This document shows positions 43,972-54,496 of a DNA stretch of 64,000 nucleotides, in pieces. Numbering within the stretch: position 1 is the first letter of the stretch; each line of letters starts with the position of its first letter. The stretch spans positions 2,752-66,751 of the forward strand of contig JAGDAX010000046.1 in NCBI GenBank assembly GCA_017848335.1, in the 5' to 3' direction. Origin of the DNA: Clostridia bacterium. Lineage in GTDB: Bacteria > Bacillota > Clostridia > UBA1212. The position numbers and the translations under genes are program-made. Below the pieces are notes generated by a model. That model made no database searches. It saw only the letters and a program-made list of their open reading frames with translations, and was not told the DNA's origin.

Positions 43972-44943
43972 ATGAATGAAAAGAGATACCTGTTCCCCGG
44001 AGAGGGACGTTTTTACAAGGCGAATCTTCATTGCCACACCGTTGTTTCGGACGGCAGGCTGACGCCTGAGGAGATCAAAAAGGCATTTGCGGGCCACGGC
44101 TACGACATTGTGGCCTTCAGCGACCACAATACGCTGGTGGATCATCAGGATCTGACGGACGGCGGCTTCCTGGCCTTGAACGCCCTGGAGATCGATTTCA
44201 ACCAGCCGCCCCGCGAGGCGCCTCCCGGGTGCGATATCAAGGTCTTTCACCTGAATTTCTTCGCGAAGGATCCGGGCAATACGGATTTTCCGGCCTTTGA
44301 AAGAGCTTACAAACGGGAGGCTGTCCAGAAGCTTATCGACGATGCGAACCGGGCGGGCTTCCTGGTGCAGTACAACCACCCCAGATGGTCAATGCAGGGC
44401 AGTGACGAATTTGCCTCGCTGAAGGGCCTTTTCGGGTTTGAGGTATACAACCACGGATGCCAGCAGGATATGAACAACGGCTGGGGCAATTACGAGTACG
44501 AATATTACCTCCGCGAAGGCGGCGATGCCGCGCCCGTTGCCACGGACGACAACCATTGCGGCGGCGAGGATATCGATTCGCCCTACAGCGACTGCTTCGG
44601 GGGCTTTACAATGATCAAGGCGGACAGGCTCGACTACGCCGCGGTGATCGATGCGCTCGAGAATAAAAACTGCTACGCCTCCACGGGGCCGCTGATCCTG
44701 GACGGCAGCTATGAGAGGCTGGAGAACGGCGGCGTGCGCGTCTGCGGCGCCACAAGCCCCTGCAGGGCCGTATTCGTGAGGACCAACACCAGGCACACAG
44801 GGCGGCTGATCTCGAGGGAGAACGACGTGGTGACCTTTGACGTGACGCTGGCCGGCGGCACCAGGTGGTTCAGGATCGAGGTCGTGGACGACAGGGGCAA
44901 TATGGCGGTTTCGAAGGCGTACAGCGTTGAGGATCTGGTATGA
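43972..44943 (+). CDS. PHP-domain phosphoesterase
   Basis: ANLHCHTVVSDGRLTPEE and AFSDHN motifs. Confidence 0.75.
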   Translation: MNEKRYLFPGEGRFYKANLHCHTVVSDGRLTPEEIKKAFAGHGYDIVAFSDHNTLVDHQDLTDGGFLALNALEIDFNQPPREAPPGCDIKVFHLNFFAKDPGNTDFPAFERAYKREAVQKLIDDANRAGFLVQYNHPRWSMQGSDEFASLKGLFGFEVYNHGCQQDMNNGWGNYEYEYYLREGGDAAPVATDDNHCGGEDIDSPYSDCFGGFTMIKADRLDYAAVIDALENKNCYASTGPLILDGSYERLENGGVRVCGATSPCRAVFVRTNTRHTGRLISRENDVVTFDVTLAGGTRWFRIEVVDDRGNMAVSKAYSVEDLV

Positions 44944-44955
44944 TATTCCGCTGAT

Positions 44956-45117
44956 TTTTCAGCAGGCGGCAAGGGAGCCGCGGGCATTCGCGGAATTTTT
45001 GACAGCCGCGGCGAAGCTTTTCAGCAGGCGGCAAGGGAGCCGCGGGCCTTCGCGGAATTTATGACAGCCGCGGCGATGCTTTTCAGCAGGCGGCAAGGGA
45101 GCCGCGGGCCTTCGCGA
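44956..45117. repeat. 62-nt tandem repeat (TTTTCAGCAGGCGGCAAGGGAGCCGCGGGCMTTCGCGGAATTTWTGACAGCCGCGGCGAWGC), 2.6 units
   Basis: Units start at 44956, 45018 and 45080. Confidence 0.9.
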
Positions 45118-45192
45118 TCTTTTGGCTGCGTTGCGGCAATAAGCTTTTCGCGGCTTTTCAACAATATAGGATCGGAGCTTTGACAATCAATT

Positions 45193-46107
45193 ATGCAAAT
45201 ATTTCTGCTTGTTCTGAAGATAGTTTTGATAGTTTTGGGCGGCGCGCTGGGTCTGCTGCTTCTGCTGGTGATTTTCGGGTTCCTGTCGGGCCTCTTCACG
45301 GGCCACAAGGACGAATATTCCAAGGACAGCCCGTTTTACCGCTTCGTCCTGAACAGCATGACGGGACTGGTGCTCTTTATTGCTGGCGCGAAGCTGGTGC
45401 ATGAGGGGGAGGAGCTTCCCGAGGGGCGGTTCCTTATCGTGAGCAACCACCGCTCGAATTTCGACCCGATAGTCACCTGGTACAAGTTCCGCAAGCGGCC
45501 CATTTCCTTCGTCACAAAGCCCTCAAACCTCAAGGTCCCCTTTTACGGAAATATCGTGAAGAGGTGCCTTTTCCTGCCCATCGACAGGCAGAATGCCAGG
45601 AACGCCGTCAAGACCATCGACAAGGCCGCGGAGTACCTCATAAATGACGTGGTGAACGTCGGAATATACCCCGAGGGCACGCGCTCCAAGACGTTTCAGC
45701 TGCTCAGATTCCACAACGGGGCCTTTAAGATCGCGCAGAAGGCGGGCGTTCCCATCGTGGTGGTCTGCCTCACGGGCACCGAAAAGATCAAGGACAACTG
45801 GCTGCGGCGCAGGACTCTTGTGACGCTCAACGTGGCGGAGATCATTCCTGCGGAGAGGCACATGGGCATGACCACCTCGGAGATTGGCTGCGAGGTGAAG
45901 GAGGTGCTTCTCAGGGAGCTCAGGAAGGCGGAGCCGTGGAGAGTGCACGACAAGGCCGAGGCCGACGCCAAAGAAGAAGCGGGAGCCGACGCCAAAGCTG
46001 ACGCCAAAGAAGAAGCGGGAGCTGGCGCCAAAGAAGAAGCCAAAGCGGAAGCGGAAGCCGCTGCCAAAGCCGACGCCAAAGAAGTAAGCGCATCAATAGA
46101 TACGTGA
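45193..46107 (+). CDS. plsC: 1-acyl-sn-glycerol-3-phosphate acyltransferase with an Ala/Lys/Glu-rich repeat tail
   Basis: NHRSNFD (HX4D) and YPEGTRS motifs, plus an N-terminal TM segment. The tail AEADAKEEAGADAKADAKEEAGAGAKEEAKAEAEAAAKADAKE spans about 45950-46090. Confidence 0.85.
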   Translation: MQIFLLVLKIVLIVLGGALGLLLLLVIFGFLSGLFTGHKDEYSKDSPFYRFVLNSMTGLVLFIAGAKLVHEGEELPEGRFLIVSNHRSNFDPIVTWYKFRKRPISFVTKPSNLKVPFYGNIVKRCLFLPIDRQNARNAVKTIDKAAEYLINDVVNVGIYPEGTRSKTFQLLRFHNGAFKIAQKAGVPIVVVCLTGTEKIKDNWLRRRTLVTLNVAEIIPAERHMGMTTSEIGCEVKEVLLRELRKAEPWRVHDKAEADAKEEAGADAKADAKEEAGAGAKEEAKAEAEAAAKADAKEVSASIDT

Positions 46108-46144
46108 GTTATAGATTTGTGATTCTGTTCTCTGGGAGGAGATT

Positions 46145-46966
46145 ATGAAATTAGCTTTTTCAACCCTTGGCTGTCCGGACTGGAATTTCAACGAGATCTT
46201 TGCCACCGCCAAGGATTTCGGCTTTGACGGCGTTGAGATCAGGGGCGTCAAGAATGAGCTTTACGCGCCTTATATCGCGGAATTCAGCGACAGGAACATT
46301 GCCGCCACTCTCGAAAAGCTGGGCAGGCTGGGAGTCGCGATTCCCTGCGTCACGTCGGGTATTTGCGTGAGGAATTACGGGCTTGATCCCGCTGCCGACG
46401 AGGGGACGGTCAGGGAGACCGTTGAATATGCCGAGCTGGCGCAGAAGCTTGGCGCGAGGTACGTGAGAATACTGGGAGATATTGACGTGATGCCCAGGGG
46501 AGACGTTTCGGACGCGGCGGTGGCTGAGGCCATGAAGACGCTCTGCGACGCCACGAAGCACACGGACACTACGCTCCTTATCGAGACCAACGGAGCCTTT
46601 GCGGAGTCGGAGAGGCTTGCAAGGCTCGTCAAGAAGGTTGACGACGGCAGGCTGGGCATTCTCTGGGACGTGCACCACCCCTACAGGTTCTTTAAGGAGG
46701 ATCTGGCCAAAACCGCCGCCAATATAGGCGAATACGTGCGGTATATTCACGTGAAGGACTCCGTGATGCTCCCTTCGGGCGCCGTGAAGTACAAGATGAT
46801 GGGGAAGGGCGACCTGCCGCTTTCGCAGCTTATCCGCATTCTGCGGGCGAACGACTATCAGGGCTTCATTTCGCTGGAATGGGTGAAGCGCTGGTGCCAG
46901 GAGCTGGAGGCCCCGGGCATTGTGTTCGTGCAGTACATAAATTACATGAAGAAGGTTCTGGCATGA
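46145..46966 (+). CDS. Sugar phosphate isomerase/epimerase (xylose isomerase-like TIM barrel)
   Basis: The pattern FDGVEIR..., ETNG, WDVHH, and ISLEW is typical of the AP-endonuclease-2/TIM-barrel family. Confidence 0.8.
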   Translation: MKLAFSTLGCPDWNFNEIFATAKDFGFDGVEIRGVKNELYAPYIAEFSDRNIAATLEKLGRLGVAIPCVTSGICVRNYGLDPAADEGTVRETVEYAELAQKLGARYVRILGDIDVMPRGDVSDAAVAEAMKTLCDATKHTDTTLLIETNGAFAESERLARLVKKVDDGRLGILWDVHHPYRFFKEDLAKTAANIGEYVRYIHVKDSVMLPSGAVKYKMMGKGDLPLSQLIRILRANDYQGFISLEWVKRWCQELEAPGIVFVQYINYMKKVLA

Positions 46967-47640
46967 AGGGCAGCTCCGGCGCGGGAATCGGCCACGGTGA
47001 GAAGGTCGTTGTCGCGGCTTATGCGCTGGGGGCGCTGCTGCTTCACGGGCTTTCGTCGCTTTGGTTCGTGCTGAAGGGCTATGCCGCGGAGGAAGCCTTC
47101 ATTGACGTGCCTTTAAGAATTGCGGGCCTCGCGGTGTGCGCGCTTGCCGTCGCCGCAGTCATCGTCCTTTCGGTGCTCAAAAAGGACCGGCCCTGCATGG
47201 GCCTGTTCTTCTACGGCCTCGCGGGGATGGTCTTTTTCGTGATCTCGCTGGGGATGAAATTTGCGGGCGGCCAGTCCGCGGGCGGCGCCTTCGCGAGAAT
47301 ATTCGACTGGTTCACGATTTTTGTGCGGCCGCTGAGCACACTGCTGGCGCCCCTTATCGGGATGTCGGAATTTTACCGCAAGGCGATTCTGTTCGGGCTT
47401 TTTACGGCTTTTTCCGGCTATATGGCCGCCAACGTCAAGAGGCGCAGAAAATTCTACGCGGAAATGGAGGAGCGCAGGGCGATGGAGCGGCAGTCGGCTT
47501 TGAGGGCGGCTTCCGCCGGTTCGGCCCCGGCCCCCGGAGGTTCGGCCCCGGCTTCGGCTTCTGCGCGAGAAGAGCCTTCCTCCCCGGTCATCGGGGGCGC
47601 CGGAGAGTCTTCCGGCCCGTCCTCGCGAGGTGCGGAATGA
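46963..47640 (+). CDS. Hypothetical membrane protein
   Basis: Its ATG overlaps the preceding stop codon (ATGA). It has four or five hydrophobic helices and a low-complexity C-terminus. Confidence 0.55.
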   Translation: MKGSSGAGIGHGEKVVVAAYALGALLLHGLSSLWFVLKGYAAEEAFIDVPLRIAGLAVCALAVAAVIVLSVLKKDRPCMGLFFYGLAGMVFFVISLGMKFAGGQSAGGAFARIFDWFTIFVRPLSTLLAPLIGMSEFYRKAILFGLFTAFSGYMAANVKRRRKFYAEMEERRAMERQSALRAASAGSAPAPGGSAPASASAREEPSSPVIGGAGESSGPSSRGAE

Positions 47641-47821
47641 GGCGGAATTCCGTGAGTCTCCCGGCTGATTTCCCGGCTCTTTTATCGGAAATTTTCGCGT
47701 CAATATTCCGGAGCGGCGCGGTATTCGCGCGCTGGGCGCACAAAAATTCACCTATAAAAAGGTGAATTCTCGCGGCGGCGAAACTCTTGCGGGGCTCTTC
47801 ACGGGAATTTTGAAAAAAGTC

Positions 47822-47849
47822 TTGCAAAAGCAAAAAAATGTGATATAAT
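47822..47849 (+). promoter_or_regulatory. Promoter of secG with an extended -10
   Basis: TTGCAA (47822-47827), a 16-nt spacer, then TGATATAAT (47841-47849). Confidence 0.65.
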
Positions 47850-47881
47850 TCTTTGGCTGATTAACCGGAGGTGTCAGAAAG

Positions 47882-48124
47882 ATGTTAGCATTAAAGATAA
47901 CTTTGGGTGTCATATACATACTGATTTGCATCGCGCTGATAGTGATCACCCTTTTACAGGACGCAAAGGAAGGCGGTATTTCCGCTCTCGGACAGGAGAC
48001 GTCCATTTTCAATAAGAGCAACGATTCCAAGGAGGCGTTCCTCGCAAGAGCGACCATCGCCCTGGGTTCTATGTTTGCTGTTTTGGCAATTGTTCTCACC
48101 ATTATCATTTCTCTTGTAAAGTGA
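47882..48124 (+). CDS. secG: Preprotein translocase subunit SecG
   Basis: 80 aa with two TM helices flanking a QD.KEGGISALG-type loop. Confidence 0.85.
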   Translation: MLALKITLGVIYILICIALIVITLLQDAKEGGISALGQETSIFNKSNDSKEAFLARATIALGSMFAVLAIVLTIIISLVK

Positions 48125-48300
48125 GACGTTTGTGAGGTAACCGGTTTAAGACTTACATTCTGCATGCCGTTGAACGGGTCGGCATGCTGCCTGATTTATA
48201 TTGCGGCCTCACACGCTTTGCCAAAATTATACGTATTTTATTTGAAGCACTGCCACAGCCACGGTAGTGCTTTTTATATGCTTTTTCGGTTTCCCGGCCC

Positions 48301-48436
48301 GTGAGATTATCGCGAAGTGTGAGATTTTTGCGAGGTGTGAGGCTCCTGCGGCCCGTGAGATCCCCGCGAAGCGTGAGAGCCTTGCGGTCAGTGAGATTCC
48401 CGGAAAATCATTATCGCAGACCGTGAAATTATCGCG
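48301..48436. repeat. ~17-nt degenerate tandem repeat (GTGAGATTWTCGCGAAG-like), about 7 units
   Basis: Read directly downstream of secG. Confidence 0.75.
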
Positions 48437-48550
48437 AATAAAGCGGTGCCGCGGCGCTTTTTTAATGTATTCTTAAATCTTGAGGGGTATAATATGCCCG
48501 GCAAGGCCGGAAATCCGGCATTTTTACGATGACAATGACACATTACCGGG

Positions 48551-50122
48551 ATGAAACCGCGGAAGGAGGGCTCCCGCAAATTGAGTGACAGGAAAAAGAA
48601 ATCACAAATTGACGCGGAGATACGCACGGACTGCGGCGGGCTCCGTTCCGGGGAGGAAATCCATGAAGGCGGCGGGCTCCGTTCCGGGGTGGAAAACACC
48701 GAAAGCGGCCGCCCGGAAGGTGCATTCTCCGAAAGCATCCGCACCGAAAGCGGCGGGCTCCGTTCCGGGGAGGGATCAGCTGAAAAAGCTTCTTCCGAAA
48801 AATCTTCCGAAACCGAAACAGCAGCCGCCAAGGGCGCCCGTTCCGGCAGAAAAAAGCTCAAATGGATGCGGCTCGACAATGCCGCGCTCATATTTCCCGC
48901 CGCGCTCCGTAAGAACTGGAGCAACGCCTTCAGGATCTCATTCTCGTTCAGGGACCTCGTGGAGCCGGACGTGCTCGCGCAGGCCCTCCGGAGCATTGCC
49001 CCCAGATTTCCCACGGTGGTGGTGCGCCTCAAGCGGAGCCTGTTCTGGTATTACATTGAGGAGCTGCCGGAGCCGCCGGGCATTGGCGCGGACAGCGATA
49101 TGCCGCTTTGCGGAATGACCCGCAGAGACCTGGGGCGGTCGGCCATCCGCGTGCTTTATTATCGCGACAGGATGGCGGTGGAATATTTCCACGCAGTGAC
49201 GGACGGGACGGGCGGTATGATTTTTGCCAAAAATCTGGCTGCCGAGTACGTGAGGCTGCGGTACGGCGCCGGGGTTCCCTGCGAATTCGACGTCAAGGAT
49301 CTGTCCGCGAAGGCTCCGGAGAGCGAGTTTAAGGACCGATTCCCCGACAATGCAGGCAGCGTTGCCTTCCCGCGCGAGAAGGGCCCTGTCTTCAGGTTCA
49401 AGGGCGACAAGGAGCCGGACCTTTTCCTGCACGTTACGAAGGGTGTGCTTGACGCGGAGCACGTGCTGCGCGTGGCCCGCGAGAAGGGCGTCACGGTGAC
49501 GGAGTACCTTACCGCGGTGCTCGTGGAGTCGATCATCGCAATCCAGAGCCGGAAAATACGCGACAGACGGCGCCAAAAGAAGGTCAAGGTGCAGATCCCG
49601 GTCAACCTTCGCAAGCTTTACAATGCGGACACCATGCGCAATTTCGTGGCGGTGGCCAGCGTGGGCGTCGACCCGCGAATGGGCGACTACACCTTCGACG
49701 AGCTTTTGAAGCTCATTCACCACCAGCTGCAGATCTCGCTCAACCCCAAAAATATGGCGGCCGTTTTCAAGCAGAACGTGCTGGACGAGCAGAACCCGCT
49801 GGTGAAGCCCGTGCCGCTTTTCATCAAGAATATCGTGATGAGGATGGTCTTTGACCGCGTTGGCGAGAGCGCAGCCTGCCTGTCCTTTTCGAACCTTGGC
49901 GCGATAATGCTCCCCGACGCCATGAAGGACTACGTCACCGACGTGGAATTCATACTGGGCGCACAGGCGGACTCGCCTTATAACACGTCGCTCACGACCT
50001 ACGGCGGCAAGCTCAATTTCAATATGGTCAGAAATACCGTGGAGCCGGTGCTGGAGCGCGAATTCTTTACGCGGCTCGTGAAGCTGGGCTTCCACGTCAA
50101 GATTGACGGCAACTTCCGGTGA
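48551..50122 (+). CDS. HxxxD acyltransferase of the alcohol-acetyltransferase/condensation superfamily, with a repeat-derived N-terminal extension
   Basis: W.RLDNAALIFPA and FHAVTDGTGG motifs. The start is uncertain. The N-terminal ~100 aa contain a GGLRSG(E/V)E repeat, encoded by a DNA repeat at about 48620-48790. Confidence 0.65.
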   Translation: MKPRKEGSRKLSDRKKKSQIDAEIRTDCGGLRSGEEIHEGGGLRSGVENTESGRPEGAFSESIRTESGGLRSGEGSAEKASSEKSSETETAAAKGARSGRKKLKWMRLDNAALIFPAALRKNWSNAFRISFSFRDLVEPDVLAQALRSIAPRFPTVVVRLKRSLFWYYIEELPEPPGIGADSDMPLCGMTRRDLGRSAIRVLYYRDRMAVEYFHAVTDGTGGMIFAKNLAAEYVRLRYGAGVPCEFDVKDLSAKAPESEFKDRFPDNAGSVAFPREKGPVFRFKGDKEPDLFLHVTKGVLDAEHVLRVAREKGVTVTEYLTAVLVESIIAIQSRKIRDRRRQKKVKVQIPVNLRKLYNADTMRNFVAVASVGVDPRMGDYTFDELLKLIHHQLQISLNPKNMAAVFKQNVLDEQNPLVKPVPLFIKNIVMRMVFDRVGESAACLSFSNLGAIMLPDAMKDYVTDVEFILGAQADSPYNTSLTTYGGKLNFNMVRNTVEPVLEREFFTRLVKLGFHVKIDGNFR

Positions 50123-50146
50123 ATTCCGGATTTTGGAGGAACGAAA

Positions 50147-50854
50147 ATGTATTGTGTGAAATGCGGCGTCGAGCTGCGTGAAGGAATCGATAACTGCCCG
50201 CTTTGCGGGACGCCGGTGTGGAAGCCCGAGGGCGTGGTTCTGCATGCGGAGCCGGCGCCTTACCCGGAGGACGCTGTCAGAGAGCCCCCCAAGGCAACCC
50301 ACGGCCACATGTTCATAATCACGGGCCTTTTTGCGGTGGCGCTGATAATCTGCGCGCTTACGGACGTGATAATAAACCGCGCTGTCACCTGGAGCGGATA
50401 CCCTGCGGTAGGCCTCGGGCTCCTTTACGTGTGCTTCGTTCTGCCTTCCTGGTTCAGCAAGCCCAACCCGGTGATCTTCTTCCCCTGTGCGGCGGCCGCG
50501 GTGCTTCTGACGGCGCTCTTTGTGTGCCTGAAGACCGGCGGCAGGTGGTTCCTGTCCTTCGCGCTCCCGGTGTTCGGCGCGTTCGCTCTCATTGTCGAGA
50601 CCGTTATAGTGCTCTCGTTGTACACGGTGCGCAAGAAGAGGTACCGCTTCCTTTATATTTTCGGCGGCGCTTTGATTGCGATCGGTGCGCTTTGCGTGCT
50701 CATCGAGCTGCTGCTAAACGTGACCTTCGGGCTCCGGATGATCTGGTGGTCGCTGATACCGCTGATCTCGCTTTTCCTGCTGGGAATGTTTTTGATCGTC
50801 GCGGCAATATCGCCCCATCTGAGGAGCTCGCTGTACAAGAGGTCGTTTATCTAG
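50147..50854 (+). CDS. Zinc-ribbon membrane protein
   Basis: The N-terminal zinc ribbon MYCVKCGVELREGIDNCPLCG is followed by about 5 TM helices. Confidence 0.65.
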   Translation: MYCVKCGVELREGIDNCPLCGTPVWKPEGVVLHAEPAPYPEDAVREPPKATHGHMFIITGLFAVALIICALTDVIINRAVTWSGYPAVGLGLLYVCFVLPSWFSKPNPVIFFPCAAAAVLLTALFVCLKTGGRWFLSFALPVFGAFALIVETVIVLSLYTVRKKRYRFLYIFGGALIAIGALCVLIELLLNVTFGLRMIWWSLIPLISLFLLGMFLIVAAISPHLRSSLYKRSFI

Positions 50855-51385
50855 TTTCAGGCTGAAGAAGGCCGGAGGCAAGGGGCCGGAGGCAAGGGGC
50901 AGGAGGCAAGGGACAGGAGGCCGGAGGCCGGAGTCCGCTGCGCGGTTGCCCGGTGAAGCTTCGCGGCTTGAATAGATGGGCCCGCGTCTTCCCTGCAGCT
51001 GCCGAAAGCGCCGGCCTATAGCCTTACAGTGTCAGAACCTGCACGGCGCCGCGTTCTCGTTGACTTAAAGCCTCTCTTTATAATATAATAATATGGGGCA
51101 AAACTGCCTCTTTTTGGTCTTTGAGAACGTCGGCGAGAACGTCGGCGGAAGCATTTTCCAAGGCCTGCGTCGGTGGAAAATCTGCGGCGGGATCAGGCGG
51201 AGAAAGCACGCGGCGGGATCAGGCGGAGAAAGCACGCGGACGGGATGCTCTTATCGGGCAAAATTCAAAAAGGCGCACTTCCCGGCGAGGGGGATGCCCT
51301 TTACGGACAAATACCGGACAAACGCAAAAAGTTGTAAGCCGGGGCACCGCTCCGGAAAATTTAAAAAGCATTGGGGATGATATAA

Positions 51386-52511
51386 ATGTTTGAACTGGAT
51401 CAATATAGCCAGAAGCTTCCGGCTATGCAGAAAAATTTATACGATTTGAGGGATTCACTTTGACACGGACGGCATGAACGAACGTGTGCTGGAGCTCGAA
51501 AACAAGGCTACCGAGCCCGACTTCTGGAATGATTCGCACAATTCCAAAGAGGTGCTCAAGGAAATCAAGATATTGAAGGACAAGCTGGAAAAGATCCACC
51601 ACCTGGAGGAGCTTTTCGACGAGATTCAGCTGATGATCGAGATCGGCAACGAGGAGAACGACGCTGACGCACCGGCTGCGGTGGCGGAGGCCATTGACGC
51701 GTTCGAGAAGGACCTGGAGGTTCTGAAGCTCGAGACGCTTCTTACCGGGGAGTACGACAGCAACAACGCCATCGTGACGATCCATCCCGGCGCGGGCGGC
51801 ACCGAGGCGCAGGACTGGGCGCAGATGCTTATGCGTATGTATATGCGCTGGGGAGAGGCCCACGAATACGAGGTCAAGATACTGGATTACCTTGACGGTG
51901 ACGAGGCCGGCATCAAGAGCGTGTCAATGCAATTCGACGGCCTCAACGCTTACGGGTTCCTGAAGAGCGAGCACGGCGTCCACAGGCTTGTGCGGATATC
52001 GCCCTACAACGCGGCCGGCAAGAGGCAGACCTCCTTTGCGTCAGTCGAGGTCATGCCCGAGATCGACGATTCCATCGAGATCGAGATCAGGCCCGACGAG
52101 CTCGAGATCAGCTATTTCAGGGCCAGCGGCGCCGGCGGTCAGCACATCAATAAGACCGACTCTGCCTGCCGCATCGTTCACAAGCCCACGGGCATTATGG
52201 TGTCCTGCCAGACGGAGCGGTCGCAGGTCCAGAACCGCGAATACGCCATGAGAATGCTCACCTCAAAGCTGTTTGACATCAAGCGGCGCGAGAATGAACA
52301 GCTCACGTCGGAGCTCAAGGGCGAGCAGGGCGACATCGCCTTCGGCAATTCCATCAGGTCATACGTGTTCTGCCCCTACACGCTCGTGAAGGACAGACGC
52401 ACCGAATACGAGGAGACCGGAGTGCAGAAGGTCATGGACGGCGGGCTGGACGGCTTCATTAACGCGTTCCTCGCGGACGAGTTCAACAAGAACCAGGGAG
52501 CCAAGGCGTAA
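51386..52511 (+). CDS. prfB: Peptide chain release factor 2 (programmed +1 frameshift; join 51386..51460, 51462..52511)
   Basis: ORF0 reads MFELDQYSQKLPAMQKNLYDLRDSL and ends at the in-frame TGA at 51461-51463. The +1 frame continues DTDGMNERVLELE... and contains the SPF and GGQ motifs (SGAGGQHINKTDSA). Confidence 0.93.
51446..51464 (+). other. RF2 frameshift site
   Basis: An SD-like GAGGGA is followed by TCA CTT TGA C. This is the classic CUU UGA C slippery/stop context. Confidence 0.9.
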
Positions 52512-52547
52512 GCTTTTGGCAGAACCAAAATATCAAGGAGAATCAAA

Positions 52548-53513
52548 ATGAAAATCGGATTATTTACTGTCCTTTTGGCAGACATGAAAACCGCCGACGC
52601 AATGAAATATATTGCCGGGCAGGGCGTCGAGGCCGTGGAGATCGGCTGCGGCGGATACCCGGGGGACGCGCACTGCAAGCCCTCGGTACTGCTCAACGAC
52701 GACAAGGCCCTCGAGGACTTCAGGCAGGCGGTATTCGGCAACGGACTCACTATCAGCGCGCTTTCCTGCCACGGAAACCCGGTGCATCCCGTGAAGGAGA
52801 TCGCGGACAAATTCCACAACGACTTCATTGACACCATATTGCTTTGCGAGAAGCTGGGCGTTGACACGATCGTCGGATTCTCGGGCTGCCCGGGCGACTG
52901 CCCGGAGTCAAGGCACCCCAACTGGGTCACCTGCCCCTGGCCGAATGATTTCCTTGAGGTGCTGGACTACCAGTGGAACGAGGTGCTGATCCCTTACTGG
53001 AAGAAGACGGCGGCCTTCGCGGAGGCTCACGGCATCAAAAAGATTGCCTTCGAGATGCACCCGGGCTTCTGCGTTTACAACCCGGAGACGCTTCTCAGGC
53101 TGCGCAGCGCGGTGGGCCCGATCATCGGTGCAAATCTCGACCCCAGCCATCTGGTATGGCAGGGTATTGACGTGCCCGAGGCGATCAGGTACCTTGGCGA
53201 GGCGGTTTACTACGTGCACGGCAAGGACGTGCGCCTTGACAGCGGCAACGTCAGGAAGAACGGCGTGCTCGACACCAAGGGCTACGGCGACATTCTGAAC
53301 AGGTCATGGGTCTTCAGGACGCTGGGCTACGGCAACGACCTCAAGTACTGGAAGGACATCGTGAGCATGCTTCGGACGGTGGGCTACGACGGAGTCATTT
53401 CCATCGAGCACGAGGACGGGCTTATGAGTCCCCGCGAAGGTCTCAAAAAGGCGATCGACCTCCTCAAGGAGGTGCTCGTCAAGGAGCAGCCGGGCGATAT
53501 GTTCTGGGCGTGA
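52548..53513 (+). CDS. Sugar phosphate isomerase/epimerase (TIM barrel)
   Basis: Motifs AVEIGCGGYPG, FEMHPGF and ISIEHED. Confidence 0.8.
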   Translation: MKIGLFTVLLADMKTADAMKYIAGQGVEAVEIGCGGYPGDAHCKPSVLLNDDKALEDFRQAVFGNGLTISALSCHGNPVHPVKEIADKFHNDFIDTILLCEKLGVDTIVGFSGCPGDCPESRHPNWVTCPWPNDFLEVLDYQWNEVLIPYWKKTAAFAEAHGIKKIAFEMHPGFCVYNPETLLRLRSAVGPIIGANLDPSHLVWQGIDVPEAIRYLGEAVYYVHGKDVRLDSGNVRKNGVLDTKGYGDILNRSWVFRTLGYGNDLKYWKDIVSMLRTVGYDGVISIEHEDGLMSPREGLKKAIDLLKEVLVKEQPGDMFWA

Positions 53514-53700
53514 ACCCGCAGGATCGCGGAGTGCCTCAGGGCATCAGCCAAAGGCGCGGCAAGAGCAGAGCCGCAGCAATGCAATGACCGGGCAGGTAAG
53601 GGCAGGTGCGGGGCACCCGCCTGATAACGGCAGGCAACGGACGTAAAATGACCGGGCAACCTTCCGATAAGGGCCCGGGGGTAAGAGTCGGAGAATTAAG

Positions 53701-54291
53701 ATGTCGGATTTTTTCGCTTTCATAAACCGAATGAAATATATCGAGCGCTGGGGCCTCATGAGGAACACGGTTTCCGACAATCTTCAGGAGCACTGCTTCC
53801 AGACGGCCGTGCTGGCGCACGCGCTCTGCCTTATCGACCGCAAATATTTCGGCGGCGAGCTGGTGCCGGAGAGGGCGGCTCTTTATGCGCTTTACCACGA
53901 CGCGCCGGAGATCATTACCGGCGATATGCCCACGCCCGTGAAGTATTACAACTCCGACATCAGGAGCATCTACGGCGAGATCGAGAAGAACGCCGAGAAG
54001 CAGCTTATCGCGATGCTGCCCGAGGATTTCCGGGAGGACTTTGCGGACGTTATAGGCTTCGAGACTGCGGACCCCCGGTACAAGGCGCTTGTGAAGGCCG
54101 CCGACAAGATCAGCGCGTACCTCAAATGTGTTGAAGAGGAGAGGTGCGGGAACAGTGAGTTTTTGAAGGCCAAGGAGTCGCTTTACGAGATCATAACAGG
54201 CCTCGGAATGCCCTGTGTGGACTATTTCATGGAGCATTTTGCGGCGGGCTTCGGAAAACCGCTGGACGAGCTGGGTAAGAGGGATATTTGA
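53701..54291 (+). CDS. HD-domain 5'-deoxynucleotidase (YfbR-like)
   Basis: Motifs RWGLMRN...NLQEHCFQTAVLAHAL and LYHDAPEIITGDMPTPVK. Confidence 0.8.
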   Translation: MSDFFAFINRMKYIERWGLMRNTVSDNLQEHCFQTAVLAHALCLIDRKYFGGELVPERAALYALYHDAPEIITGDMPTPVKYYNSDIRSIYGEIEKNAEKQLIAMLPEDFREDFADVIGFETADPRYKALVKAADKISAYLKCVEEERCGNSEFLKAKESLYEIITGLGMPCVDYFMEHFAAGFGKPLDELGKRDI

Positions 54292-54496
54292 GCGCCGGGA
54301 AAGGCCGGGGCCAGAGGCCGGAGATTGGCGCGCGTTCCGCGCGAGCTACGAGCCGTGAGTTACCGGCTATGGGATGCGGGTTGCGGGTTGCGGGTGCCGC
54401 CGCACGCGTCGCGCGCAGCGGCCGGCAGCCGGAGAACTTCGCGCGGTTGGCCCCTTCCCAACCAAAACAAAATAAACAAAAACAGGAGACAGACTA

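Noticed and set aside
50203-50865. Alternative 220-aa ORF overlapping the zinc-ribbon membrane protein gene
   Set aside because: It is an Arg/Gly-rich out-of-frame translation. The 50147 frame gives a coherent zinc ribbon plus TM helices and has a better start context.
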